From Nitrospinota bacterium (lineage in GTDB: Bacteria; UBA8248): 25,500 nucleotides of DNA. Shown one piece after another: positions 15,401 to 24,488 of the stretch. Positions within the stretch are counted from its first letter, which is position 1; each line of letters opens with the position of its first letter. The DNA is taken from NCBI GenBank assembly GCA_046581755.1, contig JAYGFR010000264.1, positions 1 to 25,500 of the forward strand, read 5' to 3'. The notes under the pieces were generated by a model that was given only the letters and a program-made list of their open reading frames with translations, was not told the DNA's origin and did no database searches. The translations under genes and the position numbers were made by a program.

Positions 15401-17404
15401 CTATTTTCCTTCCCGGAAGGAGGCCTTGATGTCCTCGATGCCGTTGGCGGCTTTTTCCCACTCGTCCATGTCCGACCGGATGGCGCCGGCGACCTCTTTG
15501 TGGCGCGCCAGGAGTTCGGCGAGCTTCGCCTTGTTCTCTTCATCGTAGAGGCCGGGATCGGCGAGGCGGCACTTGAGCTCGTCCTCCTCGGCTTCGAGAG
15601 AATGTATCCGCGCCTCGAGTTCCTGGGATTTTTTCTTGAGATCGCGCGTCTTGCGGTGGATCCAGTTCCGCGCCTCGGCAGCCCGGCGCCGCTCATCGCG
15701 GCCGGGGCGGGGTGGAACGGATTTTCTCTCCCGGGCCGCGGGGGTTTTCTCCCGGGGGGCGGGGGTTTTCTTCTTGGCCGCGGGCGCTTCCCCCTGGCGG
15801 CGCGCGGCCACCCCCTCGAGGTAGTCATCCAGCGATCCCGGAAGGGGACGGATGGTCTCTTCCTCCACCACCCAGAAGCGTTCGCAGACCGCCTCCAGGA
15901 GGTCGCGGTCGTGCGCCACGAGGATGAACGTCCCGGTGTAGCTTTCGAGGGCTTCCTCGAGCGCCGCCCGGGCGCCCATGTCCAGGTGGTTGGTCGGCTC
16001 GTCCAGGAGGAGCAGGTTGGCGCCGGACATGAACAGCCGCGCCAGCGCCAGCCGCGCCCGCTCGCCCCCCGAGAGGACCGACACATTCTTGAACACCGCA
16101 TCCTCCGAGAAAAGGAATCCACCCAGCAGGGAGCGAACCTCCGTTTTGCCGGCCGAGGGTGGGGCCGCCTCGCCGGCGGATTCGAGGACCGTTTGATCAC
16201 TCTCCAGCGAGTCGAGAACGACCTGGGAGAAATGCCCCACGCGCACCCGGTCTCCCGGCGCCGCCCGGCCGCCGCTGGGGGCGAGTTCGCCCGATATGAT
16301 CCGCAAAAACGTCGTCTTGCCCGCGCCGTTGGGACCGAGAAGGCCCACCTTCTCCCCGCGCAAGAGCTTGAGGTCCACCCCATGGAAGACCCGCTTCTCT
16401 CCGTAGCTCATTTCGAGATCGTGGACCTCCAGGGTCTCGTAGGCCGAGGCGGGCGGATCGGGCAGGCGGATCTTGGGCACCGCTGCCGGGCGGCGGACGC
16501 GCTCGACGGGCTTCAATTTTTCGAGCTGCTTGACCCGGCTCTGCGCCTGGCGGGCCTTGGTGGCCTTGGCCCGGAAGCGGCGGATGAAGCGCTCGAGCTC
16601 GGCGACGCGGCGGTCCTGCTGGGCGGCGGCCTTTTCCAGCAGTTCGATGCGGGCCTCGCGCTGCTCCAAGTAGCGGTCGAAATTCCCCGGGTAGCGGGTG
16701 AGCCGCCCGCTCTCGAGCTCGGCGATGACGCCGATTACCCGGTTGAGGAAGTGGCGGTCGTGGGAGATAACCATCAGCGTTCCGGAAAACCGGGCGAGAT
16801 ATTTTTCGAGCCAGGCGACCGATTCGACGTCGAGGTGGTTGGTCGGCTCATCGAGGAGGAGCAGGTCGGGCCGCGAGAAGAGCAGCCGCGCCAGGGTGGC
16901 CCGCATCCGCCAGCCGCCCGAATATTCGCCGAGCGGGCGGACGATCTCCCCGCTCGAAAAACCCAGGCCCATGAGGATGGCGGCCGCGCGCGAATCCGCC
17001 TGGTAGCCCCCGATGCGCTCGAGCTCCGAATCGACCTCGCCCAGGCGGGCAGAGAATTTTTCGTATTCGGCGCTTTGGGCGGAACCGCTCAATTTTTCGT
17101 GAAGCCTCTCCTGCTCGGCACGCAGGCGGATGAGCCCGTTGTCGCCTTCGAGAACCTCGGCGAGGACGGTCCTCCCGGAGGCCGCCAACTCCTGGCGAAG
17201 CACCCCCACCCGGATTCGCGGGCGCACGTTCGCCGCTCCGCCGTCCACGCCCTCGGCGCCCTCGATGATGCGAAAGACCGTGGTTTTCCCGGCGCCGTTT
17301 GGACCGATAAGGCCTATCTTCTCGCCGGGGTGGACGGCCAAGCTGGCGCCGTCGAGGACGACCTGGGCCCCGAATCGTTTTCGAACACTCTCTAGCCTCA
17401 ACAT
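15401..17404 (-). CDS. ABC-F family ATP-binding protein (YheS/Uup-like, ribosome-associated)
   Basis: Two ABC domains (GPNGAGKTT twice; YSGGWRMR and LSGGERAR; LLDEPTNHLD twice), linker RRFRAKATKARQAQSR, C-terminal coiled coil, no membrane segments. Confidence 0.95.
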   Translation of the reverse strand: MLRLESVRKRFGAQVVLDGASLAVHPGEKIGLIGPNGAGKTTVFRIIEGAEGVDGGAANVRPRIRVGVLRQELAASGRTVLAEVLEGDNGLIRLRAEQERLHEKLSGSAQSAEYEKFSARLGEVDSELERIGGYQADSRAAAILMGLGFSSGEIVRPLGEYSGGWRMRATLARLLFSRPDLLLLDEPTNHLDVESVAWLEKYLARFSGTLMVISHDRHFLNRVIGVIAELESGRLTRYPGNFDRYLEQREARIELLEKAAAQQDRRVAELERFIRRFRAKATKARQAQSRVKQLEKLKPVERVRRPAAVPKIRLPDPPASAYETLEVHDLEMSYGEKRVFHGVDLKLLRGEKVGLLGPNGAGKTTFLRIISGELAPSGGRAAPGDRVRVGHFSQVVLDSLESDQTVLESAGEAAPPSAGKTEVRSLLGGFLFSEDAVFKNVSVLSGGERARLALARLFMSGANLLLLDEPTNHLDMGARAALEEALESYTGTFILVAHDRDLLEAVCERFWVVEEETIRPLPGSLDDYLEGVAARRQGEAPAAKKKTPAPREKTPAARERKSVPPRPGRDERRRAAEARNWIHRKTRDLKKKSQELEARIHSLEAEEDELKCRLADPGLYDEENKAKLAELLARHKEVAGAIRSDMDEWEKAANGIEDIKASFREGK

Positions 17405-17543
17405 GGGTGGAGACTATAAATGAAACGGGGAGGGTTGTACGAGGGCCGGCGGGGTATTCTCCGGCGGGGGATATTTGGTACAGTGGCCGGGCCCCGAGGG
17501 GGCGCCGCCCCAGCCGCCCGGATCATTCAACCGAAGGGACCCC

Positions 17544-18032
17544 ATGCCAAGCTTCGACATCGTATCCAAAACCGATATGCAGGAAGTGGACAACGCCCTT
17601 CAGGGCGTCTCCCGCGAGATCGCCCAGCGCTACGACTTCAAGGGAAGCAAGTGTTCGGTCGAGAGGAACGAGAAAAACCTCACCATCAAGGCCGACGACG
17701 ATTTCAAACTCAAACAGGTGCACGAGCTCATCGCCACCTACTTCACGCGCCGCAAGGTGGACGCGCGCACGCTGGCCTACAAAACGCCCGAAAAAGCCTC
17801 GGGCGGCACCCTGCGCCAGGAGGCCACGATCCGCCAGGGAATCGATCAGGAGATGGCGCGATCCATCGTCAAGAACATCAAGGCCGCCAAGCTCAAGATT
17901 CAGGTCGCCATCCAGGGAGACGAACTGCGCGTCTCGGGCAAGAAACGGGATGACCTCCAGGCGGTCATCGAGCTATGCAAGGAAATGAAAAATGTGGACC
18001 AGCCCCTCCAGTACGTTAATTTCCGCGATTAA
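17544..18032 (+). CDS. yajQ: YajQ family nucleotide/cyclic di-GMP-binding protein
   Basis: MPSFDIVSK.DMQEVDNA...RYDFKGS...IQGDELRVSGKKRDDLQAVI...LQYVNFRD. Confidence 0.95.
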   Translation: MPSFDIVSKTDMQEVDNALQGVSREIAQRYDFKGSKCSVERNEKNLTIKADDDFKLKQVHELIATYFTRRKVDARTLAYKTPEKASGGTLRQEATIRQGIDQEMARSIVKNIKAAKLKIQVAIQGDELRVSGKKRDDLQAVIELCKEMKNVDQPLQYVNFRD

Positions 18033-18066
18033 AAACCCCATGCCCCACGGCAGCGGAGCGAATCTC

Positions 18067-18684
18067 GTGAAACGAATCCTTACCGCCTGGCTGTTGCTGG
18101 CGGCGGCCGCGCCCGCCCTTTCCGGCTGCGTCGCCGTCATGGCGGCGGCGGTGGAAAAAGCCTACGAGGACCGCTCCACCGCGGCGCAACTCACCGACGC
18201 CAAGATTCACGCGCGGATTCTCGCCTACCTCACCGGGATCAGCGCGGATCTGCTGGCCGACGTGAACACCGACATCTGGCTGGGGCGCGTCCTCCTCACC
18301 GGCACCCTGGACGATGCCGGCCTTCGCGGCCGGATCGTCAAATACGCGCGGGCGGACAGGCACGTCCGGGCCGTCTACGACCATATCCAGGTCGTCTCGA
18401 AGCGGGTCAAGGAAAAGCGGCGGCAGGGCCGCGAGGATTCGGACTTGGGCCGATCCATCAACGATGCCTGGATCAGCGCCAAGGTCAAGGCACGGCTGCT
18501 CTCGATGTACAATGTGAAGTCGGTCAACTACCGGTGGCAGACCGTCCTGAGCCGCGTCTACATCATCGGGTCCGCCACCTCGCGGGCCGAGCGCGACCTG
18601 GTGCTGCGCGTTCTCCACGCCACCAAGGGCGTCCGGGGAGTGACGAGCTACATCGGCATCCTGAAGAAAAAACGCGCAAAATAA
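18067..18684 (+). CDS. Dual-BON-domain lipoprotein (DolP/OsmY-like)
   Basis: MKRILTAWLLLAAAAPALSG-C lipobox (GTG 18067; alternative ATG 18040); EDRS...TDAKI, GRVLLTG, NDAWISAKVKARL and KGVRGV. Confidence 0.85.
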   Translation: MKRILTAWLLLAAAAPALSGCVAVMAAAVEKAYEDRSTAAQLTDAKIHARILAYLTGISADLLADVNTDIWLGRVLLTGTLDDAGLRGRIVKYARADRHVRAVYDHIQVVSKRVKEKRRQGREDSDLGRSINDAWISAKVKARLLSMYNVKSVNYRWQTVLSRVYIIGSATSRAERDLVLRVLHATKGVRGVTSYIGILKKKRAK

Positions 18685-18712
18685 TCCCCGCCCCACCGAT
18701 TCCGAAACAAAA

Positions 18713-19550
18713 CTAACCCTCTCCCGCCAGGGCGCTATCTCCCGGCGCATCCCTGCCCGGAAACCGGAAGGGGGTGTTCGCATCCAGGGTGACGATCACC
18801 CTCTGGGGGGGAGCGGAGCCGCCCGCGGCCATAACCCGGGTGATGTTTTTCGCGAGGAAGCCCCGCTGCACCTCCCAGGCATGAAATTGGCCATGCAAAA
18901 ACAAAACCGGCTTCTTGAAGGCGCGCGCCACGCCGGCCAGGGCGGCGAAAAAATCGCTGTAGAGTCCGTGGGGACGCCGCTTGCCGTAGTGGGCGAAAAC
19001 CACGGCTCTCCGCACCCCACCCGCGCGCAGCCTGAAATGGCGGCGGATCCAGGACGCGTTCCGCGCGAGGCGCCGCTTCCATTCGGCGCGGCGAATCACC
19101 AGAGGCCCCACGAGGTTCACTCCGGCGAACAGAACCCCGCCCCGCACGAAGGCAAAATTCTCCCGCCGCCCCGGCTGGCGGCTGACCCGGTAGGGATTCC
19201 CCCACAGACTGTCCATCCGGAGAAAATATTTTTTCCAGAGCGTCCAGGCGGCGCCCGGGTCGGCGCAGCCGTTCCATTCGTTGTCTCCCGGAACAATAAA
19301 AACAGGCTTTGCCGAGGCGCGGAGGAGGTCCGCCACCCGTCAGTAGCGGTCCTCGGTGCAGGGCGCCCTCCCGGGCTTGATGTCGCCGAGGTGTACCAAG
19401 GAACTCGGCCACACCCTCCCGGTTCAGCCCCTCCACGCCCCTGCGGAGGGCTTTTTCGTCCTCCTTCGTATAGGGCGTATCGGCCAGGACCAGGGCCACT
19501 AAAATCGCGCCCAAAACGATGCGGAGCCGCCGGGATGATATTCCGCCCAC
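18713..19550 (-). pseudogene. Calcineurin-like metallophosphoesterase disrupted by a frameshift and an in-frame stop
   Basis: The N-terminal frame has ADTPY..LNREGVAEF. After a one-base shift near 19400 it reads LVHLGDIKPGRAPCTEDRY-TGA(19342-19340)-RVADLL..PGDNEW..FAH..LHGQFH. Confidence 0.8.
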
Positions 19551-19644
19551 GGTATCGGTCCCTCCCCGGCCCTACGGACATCAGCCGCCCCGGGCTTTGG
19601 CCCGCGGGCGGTCCGGCGGCGCGGGCGGAGGTTTTCGGCCGCGC

Positions 19645-20526
19645 CTAAAGGATTCGCCAGGCGATGATTGCCCCGCCCGAGACGATGAACGCCGTACCCG
19701 CCACGATCCAGGCCGTCAGGCGCTCGAGGTCGCGCATAAATATCCAGCTTAAAACCAGGGCGAAAAACGGGGCCGTCGAGGAAAGGGGGGAGACCACCGT
19801 CAGATCGCCGTAGCGGATCGCCGCGAAGTGAGAGAGGAAGGCGATCGTGTTGATGGTCCCGCAGACGCCATAAAAATACCAGGCTTTTCCCGGGCGCAGA
19901 TTCGGCCTCCTTTCGGCCGGCATGAAGGGGCCCAGAATCAACAGGAAAACCAGACCGCTCAGGGTGGTTATCGTAATGCCGAGAATCGGCGAGGGAACGG
20001 CCAGCATACCCGCCTTTCGGAATATGTTGGAGATGGCGAAGCCGGCGACAGCGGCGAAGGGCATCCACACGAGGCGGCGGTTCCAGGACGAGTCGCCCTT
20101 CGACTTCATCGTAATGGCCGCGCAGCCCGAGGCGACGAGGAGGGTGCCCGCCCAGATATAGGGCCCCGGCCGCTCGCCGAGGATCGAATAGGCAAGCACG
20201 GCCGTGAACACCGGGTTGGTCGCCATCAGGGGCATCGAGCGCGAGACGCCCAGGTTGTGGATGGACAGGTACATGAATACCCGCCCGAGCACGGGGCCCG
20301 CCAGCCCGGATCCGACGAAGAGGAGGAGCGCCCGGGGATTCCACCAGCCGGGCTCCCAGAGCCAGAGCGTGATGGCGGCCAGCCAGGGCGTGCTGACTAT
20401 CAGGCCGATGAGCACGCCGGTGGCCGCGTTGCCGTACCGCTGGCCCCGGCGGACGATCAAGGAAAACGATGCCGCCATCACCGCCGTGCTCAGGGAAAAT
20501 ACGATGGCCAGATGGGATTCGCTCAT
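19645..20526 (-). CDS. EamA/DMT family transporter (tandem paralog 4)
   Basis: 293 aa, about 10 TM segments; YGNAATGV, WEPGWWNP, LGVSRSMPL, LGERPG and YGDLTVVSPLSST.PFF. Confidence 0.9.
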   Translation of the reverse strand: MSESHLAIVFSLSTAVMAASFSLIVRRGQRYGNAATGVLIGLIVSTPWLAAITLWLWEPGWWNPRALLLFVGSGLAGPVLGRVFMYLSIHNLGVSRSMPLMATNPVFTAVLAYSILGERPGPYIWAGTLLVASGCAAITMKSKGDSSWNRRLVWMPFAAVAGFAISNIFRKAGMLAVPSPILGITITTLSGLVFLLILGPFMPAERRPNLRPGKAWYFYGVCGTINTIAFLSHFAAIRYGDLTVVSPLSSTAPFFALVLSWIFMRDLERLTAWIVAGTAFIVSGGAIIAWRIL

Positions 20527-20602
20527 GGAGAAATTCTCACCGAATGGACCTCGGGAAAAAAGCGCCGGCCCGCGCCGTTCGGCCCCGCGCCGGGGGGGCG
20601 GC

Positions 20603-21484
20603 TCACAGAACGCGCCAGCCGATGATCGCCCCGCCCGCCACGGTGAACACCGTACCCAGAACCACTGGGCCCGTTACGCGCTCGACGTCCCGCAGGAATA
20701 GATGACTCATCACCAGCGCGAAAAAGGGCGCCATCGATGAGATCGGCGTCACGACGGTAATGTCCCCGCGCATGATCGCGTGGAAGCTCAGGAGAAACGT
20801 GAGCGTGTTGATTAGCCCGCAGGCCCCGTAAAAATACCACGCCTTTCCCCAACGAAGGTCGGGGCGGTAGCTCCGCGGCATGACAAAGGAGAACCCCAGG
20901 AAGAAAACCAGCCCGGCCAGGCTGGTGAAGGTGACCCCGAGCAGGGGCGATTGGAGCATCCCCAGGCCCAACTTGCGGAGGATGGCTTCCGAAGCGAACG
21001 TGTCCACAGCGGCCAACGGGAGCCAGATGTGCCGCCGGCTCCAGGAGGTATCGTCTTTTCTCTTCAGGGAAAACGCAACGCACCCGGCGACGATGAGGAT
21101 CGTTCCCCCCCAGATGAAAGGCCCGGGCCGCTCGCAGAGAATCGTATAGGCGAGCATGGCGGCGGCGAGGGGCTGGATGGATTTCAGGGGGATCGCCCGC
21201 GAGACGCCCAGGTGGTGAATTCCCAGGAAGATGAACATCCGCCCGAAGCAGGGCCCCGCCAGCCCCGCCGCGATAAAAAGGGCATAGGCGCGGGGATGCC
21301 ACCAGCCCGGCTCCCAGAGGAGGGGCGTCGCCGCGAGGAGAATCGGGGTTCCCACGAGCATCCCGATGAGCACCCCGGTCGCCGCGTTTCCGTAGCGCTG
21401 GCCCTTGCGGATGATGATGCTGAACGTGGCCGAGCCCACCGCCGCCATCAGCGCGAACGCGGCGGCCAGAGCGGGATTGTTCAT
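20603..21484 (-). CDS. EamA/DMT family transporter (tandem paralog 3)
   Basis: 293 aa; YGNAATGV, WEPGWWHP, LGVSRAIPL, ERPG and GDITVVTPISSMAPFF. Confidence 0.9.
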   Translation of the reverse strand: MNNPALAAAFALMAAVGSATFSIIIRKGQRYGNAATGVLIGMLVGTPILLAATPLLWEPGWWHPRAYALFIAAGLAGPCFGRMFIFLGIHHLGVSRAIPLKSIQPLAAAMLAYTILCERPGPFIWGGTILIVAGCVAFSLKRKDDTSWSRRHIWLPLAAVDTFASEAILRKLGLGMLQSPLLGVTFTSLAGLVFFLGFSFVMPRSYRPDLRWGKAWYFYGACGLINTLTFLLSFHAIMRGDITVVTPISSMAPFFALVMSHLFLRDVERVTGPVVLGTVFTVAGGAIIGWRVL

Positions 21485-21497
21485 CGAACCCTCTCTC

Positions 21498-21531
21498 TCA
21501 CAGGATCCGCCAGGTCACAGGATCCGCCAGG
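21498..21531. repeat. Perfect 17-bp tandem duplication
   Basis: tcacaggatccgccagg at 21498-21514 and again at 21515-21531; it duplicates the WRIL-stop end of the gene. Confidence 0.95.
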
Positions 21532-22396
21532 CAACCAGCACCCCCCCCAGCATAATGAAAACCGCGCCCCCCGCGATGGGCCAGGTGATCCGCTCCACGT
21601 CCCGCAAAAGGAGCCAGCTCGCCGCCACCGCGAACACCGCCGACGTCCCGAAGATGGGCACCACGATCGTCAGATCGCCGTAGCGCGTCGCCATGAAGCG
21701 CAAAAAGATCGTCACCGTGTTGATCAACCCGCAAAAACCGTAAAAAACCCATCTCCCGCCCCAGCGCAAATCCGCCCGGCGCTCCGGCGGCAGGAACCTC
21801 TGGAAAAAGAGCATCGAGACGAGCGCCGTGCAATAGGTGATCGTCACTCCGAAGAGGGGCGAGGGGCTCGCCTCCAGCCCCACCTTCCGGATGAGGTTCC
21901 CGATCGTGAATCCGGCGACCGACATCAGCGGCACCCACAAATAGCGACGGTCCCAGACCGCATCGGCCTTTCCTTTCATGGTAAGCCCGATGCAGCCGGC
22001 GACGATGAGAAACGTTCCGGCCCAGATATAAGGCCCGGGGCGCTCGCCGAGGACCCCGTAGGCGGCCACCGCCGTCGTCAGCGGAAGCGTCGCGATCAGG
22101 GGCATCGAGCGCGCAACCCCCAGGTAGTGAATCGACTGGTACATGAACACCCGCCCGAGGGAGGGCCCCATCAGCCCCAGCGCGGCGAACAAAAGGGCCG
22201 CCTTCGGGTTCCACCAGCCGGGCTCCCATAAAACCGCCAGCGCGGCCATGAGAAGCGGCAGGCTGACGGTGAGCCCGATGATCACGCCCGTCACCGCGTT
22301 GCCGTAGGGCAGTCCCCGGCGCACGAATACGCTGAACGGGCCGCCGATCGCCGCCGTGAGCAGGGCAATCGACGCAGCCAGTACCGTGTCGTTCAT
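21515..22396 (-). CDS. EamA/DMT family transporter (tandem paralog 2)
   Basis: 293 aa; YGNAVTGV, WEPGWWNP, LGVARSMPL, LGERPG and YGDLTIVVPI. Confidence 0.9.
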   Translation of the reverse strand: MNDTVLAASIALLTAAIGGPFSVFVRRGLPYGNAVTGVIIGLTVSLPLLMAALAVLWEPGWWNPKAALLFAALGLMGPSLGRVFMYQSIHYLGVARSMPLIATLPLTTAVAAYGVLGERPGPYIWAGTFLIVAGCIGLTMKGKADAVWDRRYLWVPLMSVAGFTIGNLIRKVGLEASPSPLFGVTITYCTALVSMLFFQRFLPPERRADLRWGGRWVFYGFCGLINTVTIFLRFMATRYGDLTIVVPIFGTSAVFAVAASWLLLRDVERITWPIAGGAVFIMLGGVLVAWRIL

Positions 22397-22505
22397 AAAT
22401 GGTTTTTCACCGGAGCCGCCCTAGGAGGAAGGAATCAGAACCCGAACCCTACCAGAGACGGCGCACCTTGACGATGCCGCGCGGGCGCAGCGTTCACCGG
22501 AGAGG

Positions 22506-22579
22506 GGCTCCAGTGGAAGCCTCCAGTGAAAGCCGCATACTAGATGAGGTCTCCGGTGCCAGCCTCCAGTGGAGACCTC
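22506..22579. repeat. Cluster of CTCCAGTG direct repeats plus an inverted repeat
   Basis: CTCCAGTG at 22508, 22521 and 22564; CTCCGGTG at 22551; inverted repeat GAGGTCTCC (22546-22554) / GGAGACCTC (22571-22579). Confidence 0.75.
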
Positions 22580-23461
22580 CTAGAAGATGCTCCAGGAAAT
22601 GATCCCCCCGCCCATGACGATGAGGAGTGTCCCCGCCACGATGGCGGGCGTGATGTTCTCCTCCTCCTTGAGCAGGAGGCGGCTCAACAGCAGCGCAAAC
22701 AGCGGCGCCATCGCCGAGAGGGGCGTCACGATGGTCAGGTCCCCGTAGTTCAGCCCTCCGAAGTGGAGAAAAACCGAGAGCCCGTTCAGGACCCCGCTCA
22801 CCGTGTAGAAGACCCACGCCTTCGGGCGGTCGAGCTGCGGCCGCTGGTCCCGGGGGAGCAGGCGCGCGAGAAGAAAAAGAAAAACCATCCCCGAAAAGCT
22901 CATCACCGTGATGGCCACCAGGGGCGAGTCCACCAGCTCGACCCCCGCCTTGCGGAAAACGTGGGAGGCCGAAAACGTCGACACCGCCAGGAGGGGAATC
23001 CACAGGTGGCGGCGGCTCCAGCTGGTGTCGTCCGCCTTCTTGCGGGTGATGGCGATGCAGCCCGCGACGATGAGCGTCGTTCCCAGGAGCACCGGCAGCC
23101 CCGGCCGCTCGCCCAGCAGGCCGACCCCGAACAGGCCCGCGAACAGCGGCATCATCGAGGCCAGCGGCAGCGCCCGCGCAACGCCCAGGTAGTGGATCGC
23201 CGCGAAATAGAGCACCCGCCCGATCGCCGGCCCCAGCAGCCCCCCCGCCGCCAGGAGCACATAGGCCCGGGGATTCCACCATTCCGGCTCCCAGAGCGCC
23301 CAGGTCGCCACCCCCAGCGGGGGAAGAATGACGATCAGCCCGATGAGCACCCCCGTCACCGCGTTGCCGTACTTCCCGCCCCGGCGCACGACGACCGAAA
23401 ACGTGCCCGTGGACATCGCCGTCGCAATCGAATAAAGGCCCGCGAGCGCCGTATCCGTCAT
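22580..23461 (-). CDS. EamA/DMT family transporter (tandem paralog 1)
   Basis: 293 aa; YGNAVTGV, WEPEWWNP, LGVARALPL, LGERPG and YGDLTIVTPLSAMAPLF. Confidence 0.9.
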   Translation of the reverse strand: MTDTALAGLYSIATAMSTGTFSVVVRRGGKYGNAVTGVLIGLIVILPPLGVATWALWEPEWWNPRAYVLLAAGGLLGPAIGRVLYFAAIHYLGVARALPLASMMPLFAGLFGVGLLGERPGLPVLLGTTLIVAGCIAITRKKADDTSWSRRHLWIPLLAVSTFSASHVFRKAGVELVDSPLVAITVMSFSGMVFLFLLARLLPRDQRPQLDRPKAWVFYTVSGVLNGLSVFLHFGGLNYGDLTIVTPLSAMAPLFALLLSRLLLKEEENITPAIVAGTLLIVMGGGIISWSIF

Positions 23462-23675
23462 GGGATGGGAATCATGGATGAGGGTCCTGGAGAGGAGAAA
23501 AAAACCACCCTAGCAGAGACGGGCTAAATTTACCCCTCTCTCTCCCTGCGCCCTCCCCTGCGCGCCCCGCTCTCGAAAGGGGCGGGGCCGCTCATGCCGG
23601 GGGAATGAACCCCGGCGCGGATTCGCGTAAATTCGCCCGTATCCAGCATCCACATTTCAAACGGGGAGAAACCAC

Positions 23676-24368
23676 ATGGCGATCAGCGATCTGAGCCTGC
23701 CGCACTGCGACGAGCTGGACGGGCTCGCGAACGCGGTCATGGAAACGCAGGGGTTCAAGAGCTCCATCACGCGCCACTACGTCATGCCCAAGGTGGAGCG
23801 CGACGTGATCTTCGTGGACAGCTGGCTCTCCATGTTCGCCCACTGCGGCACCCACATCGATTGCCCCCGCCACATCAGCCAGACCGGCCGCACGGTGGAC
23901 CAGATGCCCCTCGACCAGTTCATGGGCCCGCCCTGCGTCCTTGATTTTTCATCCAAGGGAGCGGACGAGGCCATCACAGCGGCCGATTTGGAAAAATATT
24001 CGGCTCTCGTCCAGGAGAGCGACATCGCCCTCTTTTACACCGGCTGGTCGGACAAGCATTGGAGCTCGGACCACTACCTCTACCGCTCCCCCTTTCTCTC
24101 GGGCGACGGCGCGCGGTGGCTCGTGAAGAAAAAGGTCAAGGCCGTCGGATTCGGCTGCCTTCAAGAAGAAGAGGTCGAGAAAATCCCCGACAACGTTCCC
24201 AAGAACTACGTCGTCCACCGCACCCTGCTCGGAGCCGGTATCATCCAGATCGAGCACATGACCAATTTAGGCGCGATCCCCTCCGATCGCTGCCACGTCT
24301 CCGCCATGCCGCTCAAATTGATCGGCGTCGAGGGCTCGCCAGTGAGGGCAGTTGCATGGGTGGATTGA
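23676..24368 (+). CDS. Cyclase family metal-dependent hydrolase (kynurenine formamidase KynB-like)
   Basis: HCGTHIDCPRH (HxGTHxDxPxH), DIALFYTGW, VHRTLL, IEHMTNL and PLKL.G.EGSPVRAVA; RBS GGGGAG. Confidence 0.92.
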   Translation: MAISDLSLPHCDELDGLANAVMETQGFKSSITRHYVMPKVERDVIFVDSWLSMFAHCGTHIDCPRHISQTGRTVDQMPLDQFMGPPCVLDFSSKGADEAITAADLEKYSALVQESDIALFYTGWSDKHWSSDHYLYRSPFLSGDGARWLVKKKVKAVGFGCLQEEEVEKIPDNVPKNYVVHRTLLGAGIIQIEHMTNLGAIPSDRCHVSAMPLKLIGVEGSPVRAVAWVD

Positions 24369-24374
24369 TGGCGC

Positions 24375-24400
24375 AAAAAAAAGGGCGGGACATTGCGCCC
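24375..24400 (-). terminator. Possible rho-independent terminator for the minus-strand beta-propeller gene
   Basis: Minus strand reads GGGCG-caatgtcc-CGCCC followed by T8, between convergent genes. The stem is short. Confidence 0.4.
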
Positions 24401-24488
24401 CGTTCTCGATGCTTATTTTCGCCCACGGCCTGGGATTGCCCTCCGGGCCATCGCCCGGGTGGTTTGACGAAGCGCCGCCCGCCAGGGG

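Noticed and set aside
15500..17395. 631-aa plus-strand ORF antisense to ABC-F
   Set aside because: Antisense shadow of a high-GC gene; no recognisable domain.
19340..19342. In-frame TGA in the metallophosphoesterase as a second selenocysteine codon
   Set aside because: Not in a Cys/redox motif (EDRY-stop-RV), preceded by a frameshift about 60 nt upstream, and I see no comparable hairpin; a nonsense mutation is simpler.
22506..22579. Repeat cluster as a CRISPR array
   Set aside because: Units are only 8-13 bp, there are no spacer-length unique segments in a regular array, and no cas genes are nearby.
23564..23588. GC-rich hairpin GCCCCGC...GCGGGGC as a terminator
   Set aside because: It lies between divergent genes and has no U-tract; its function cannot be supported.
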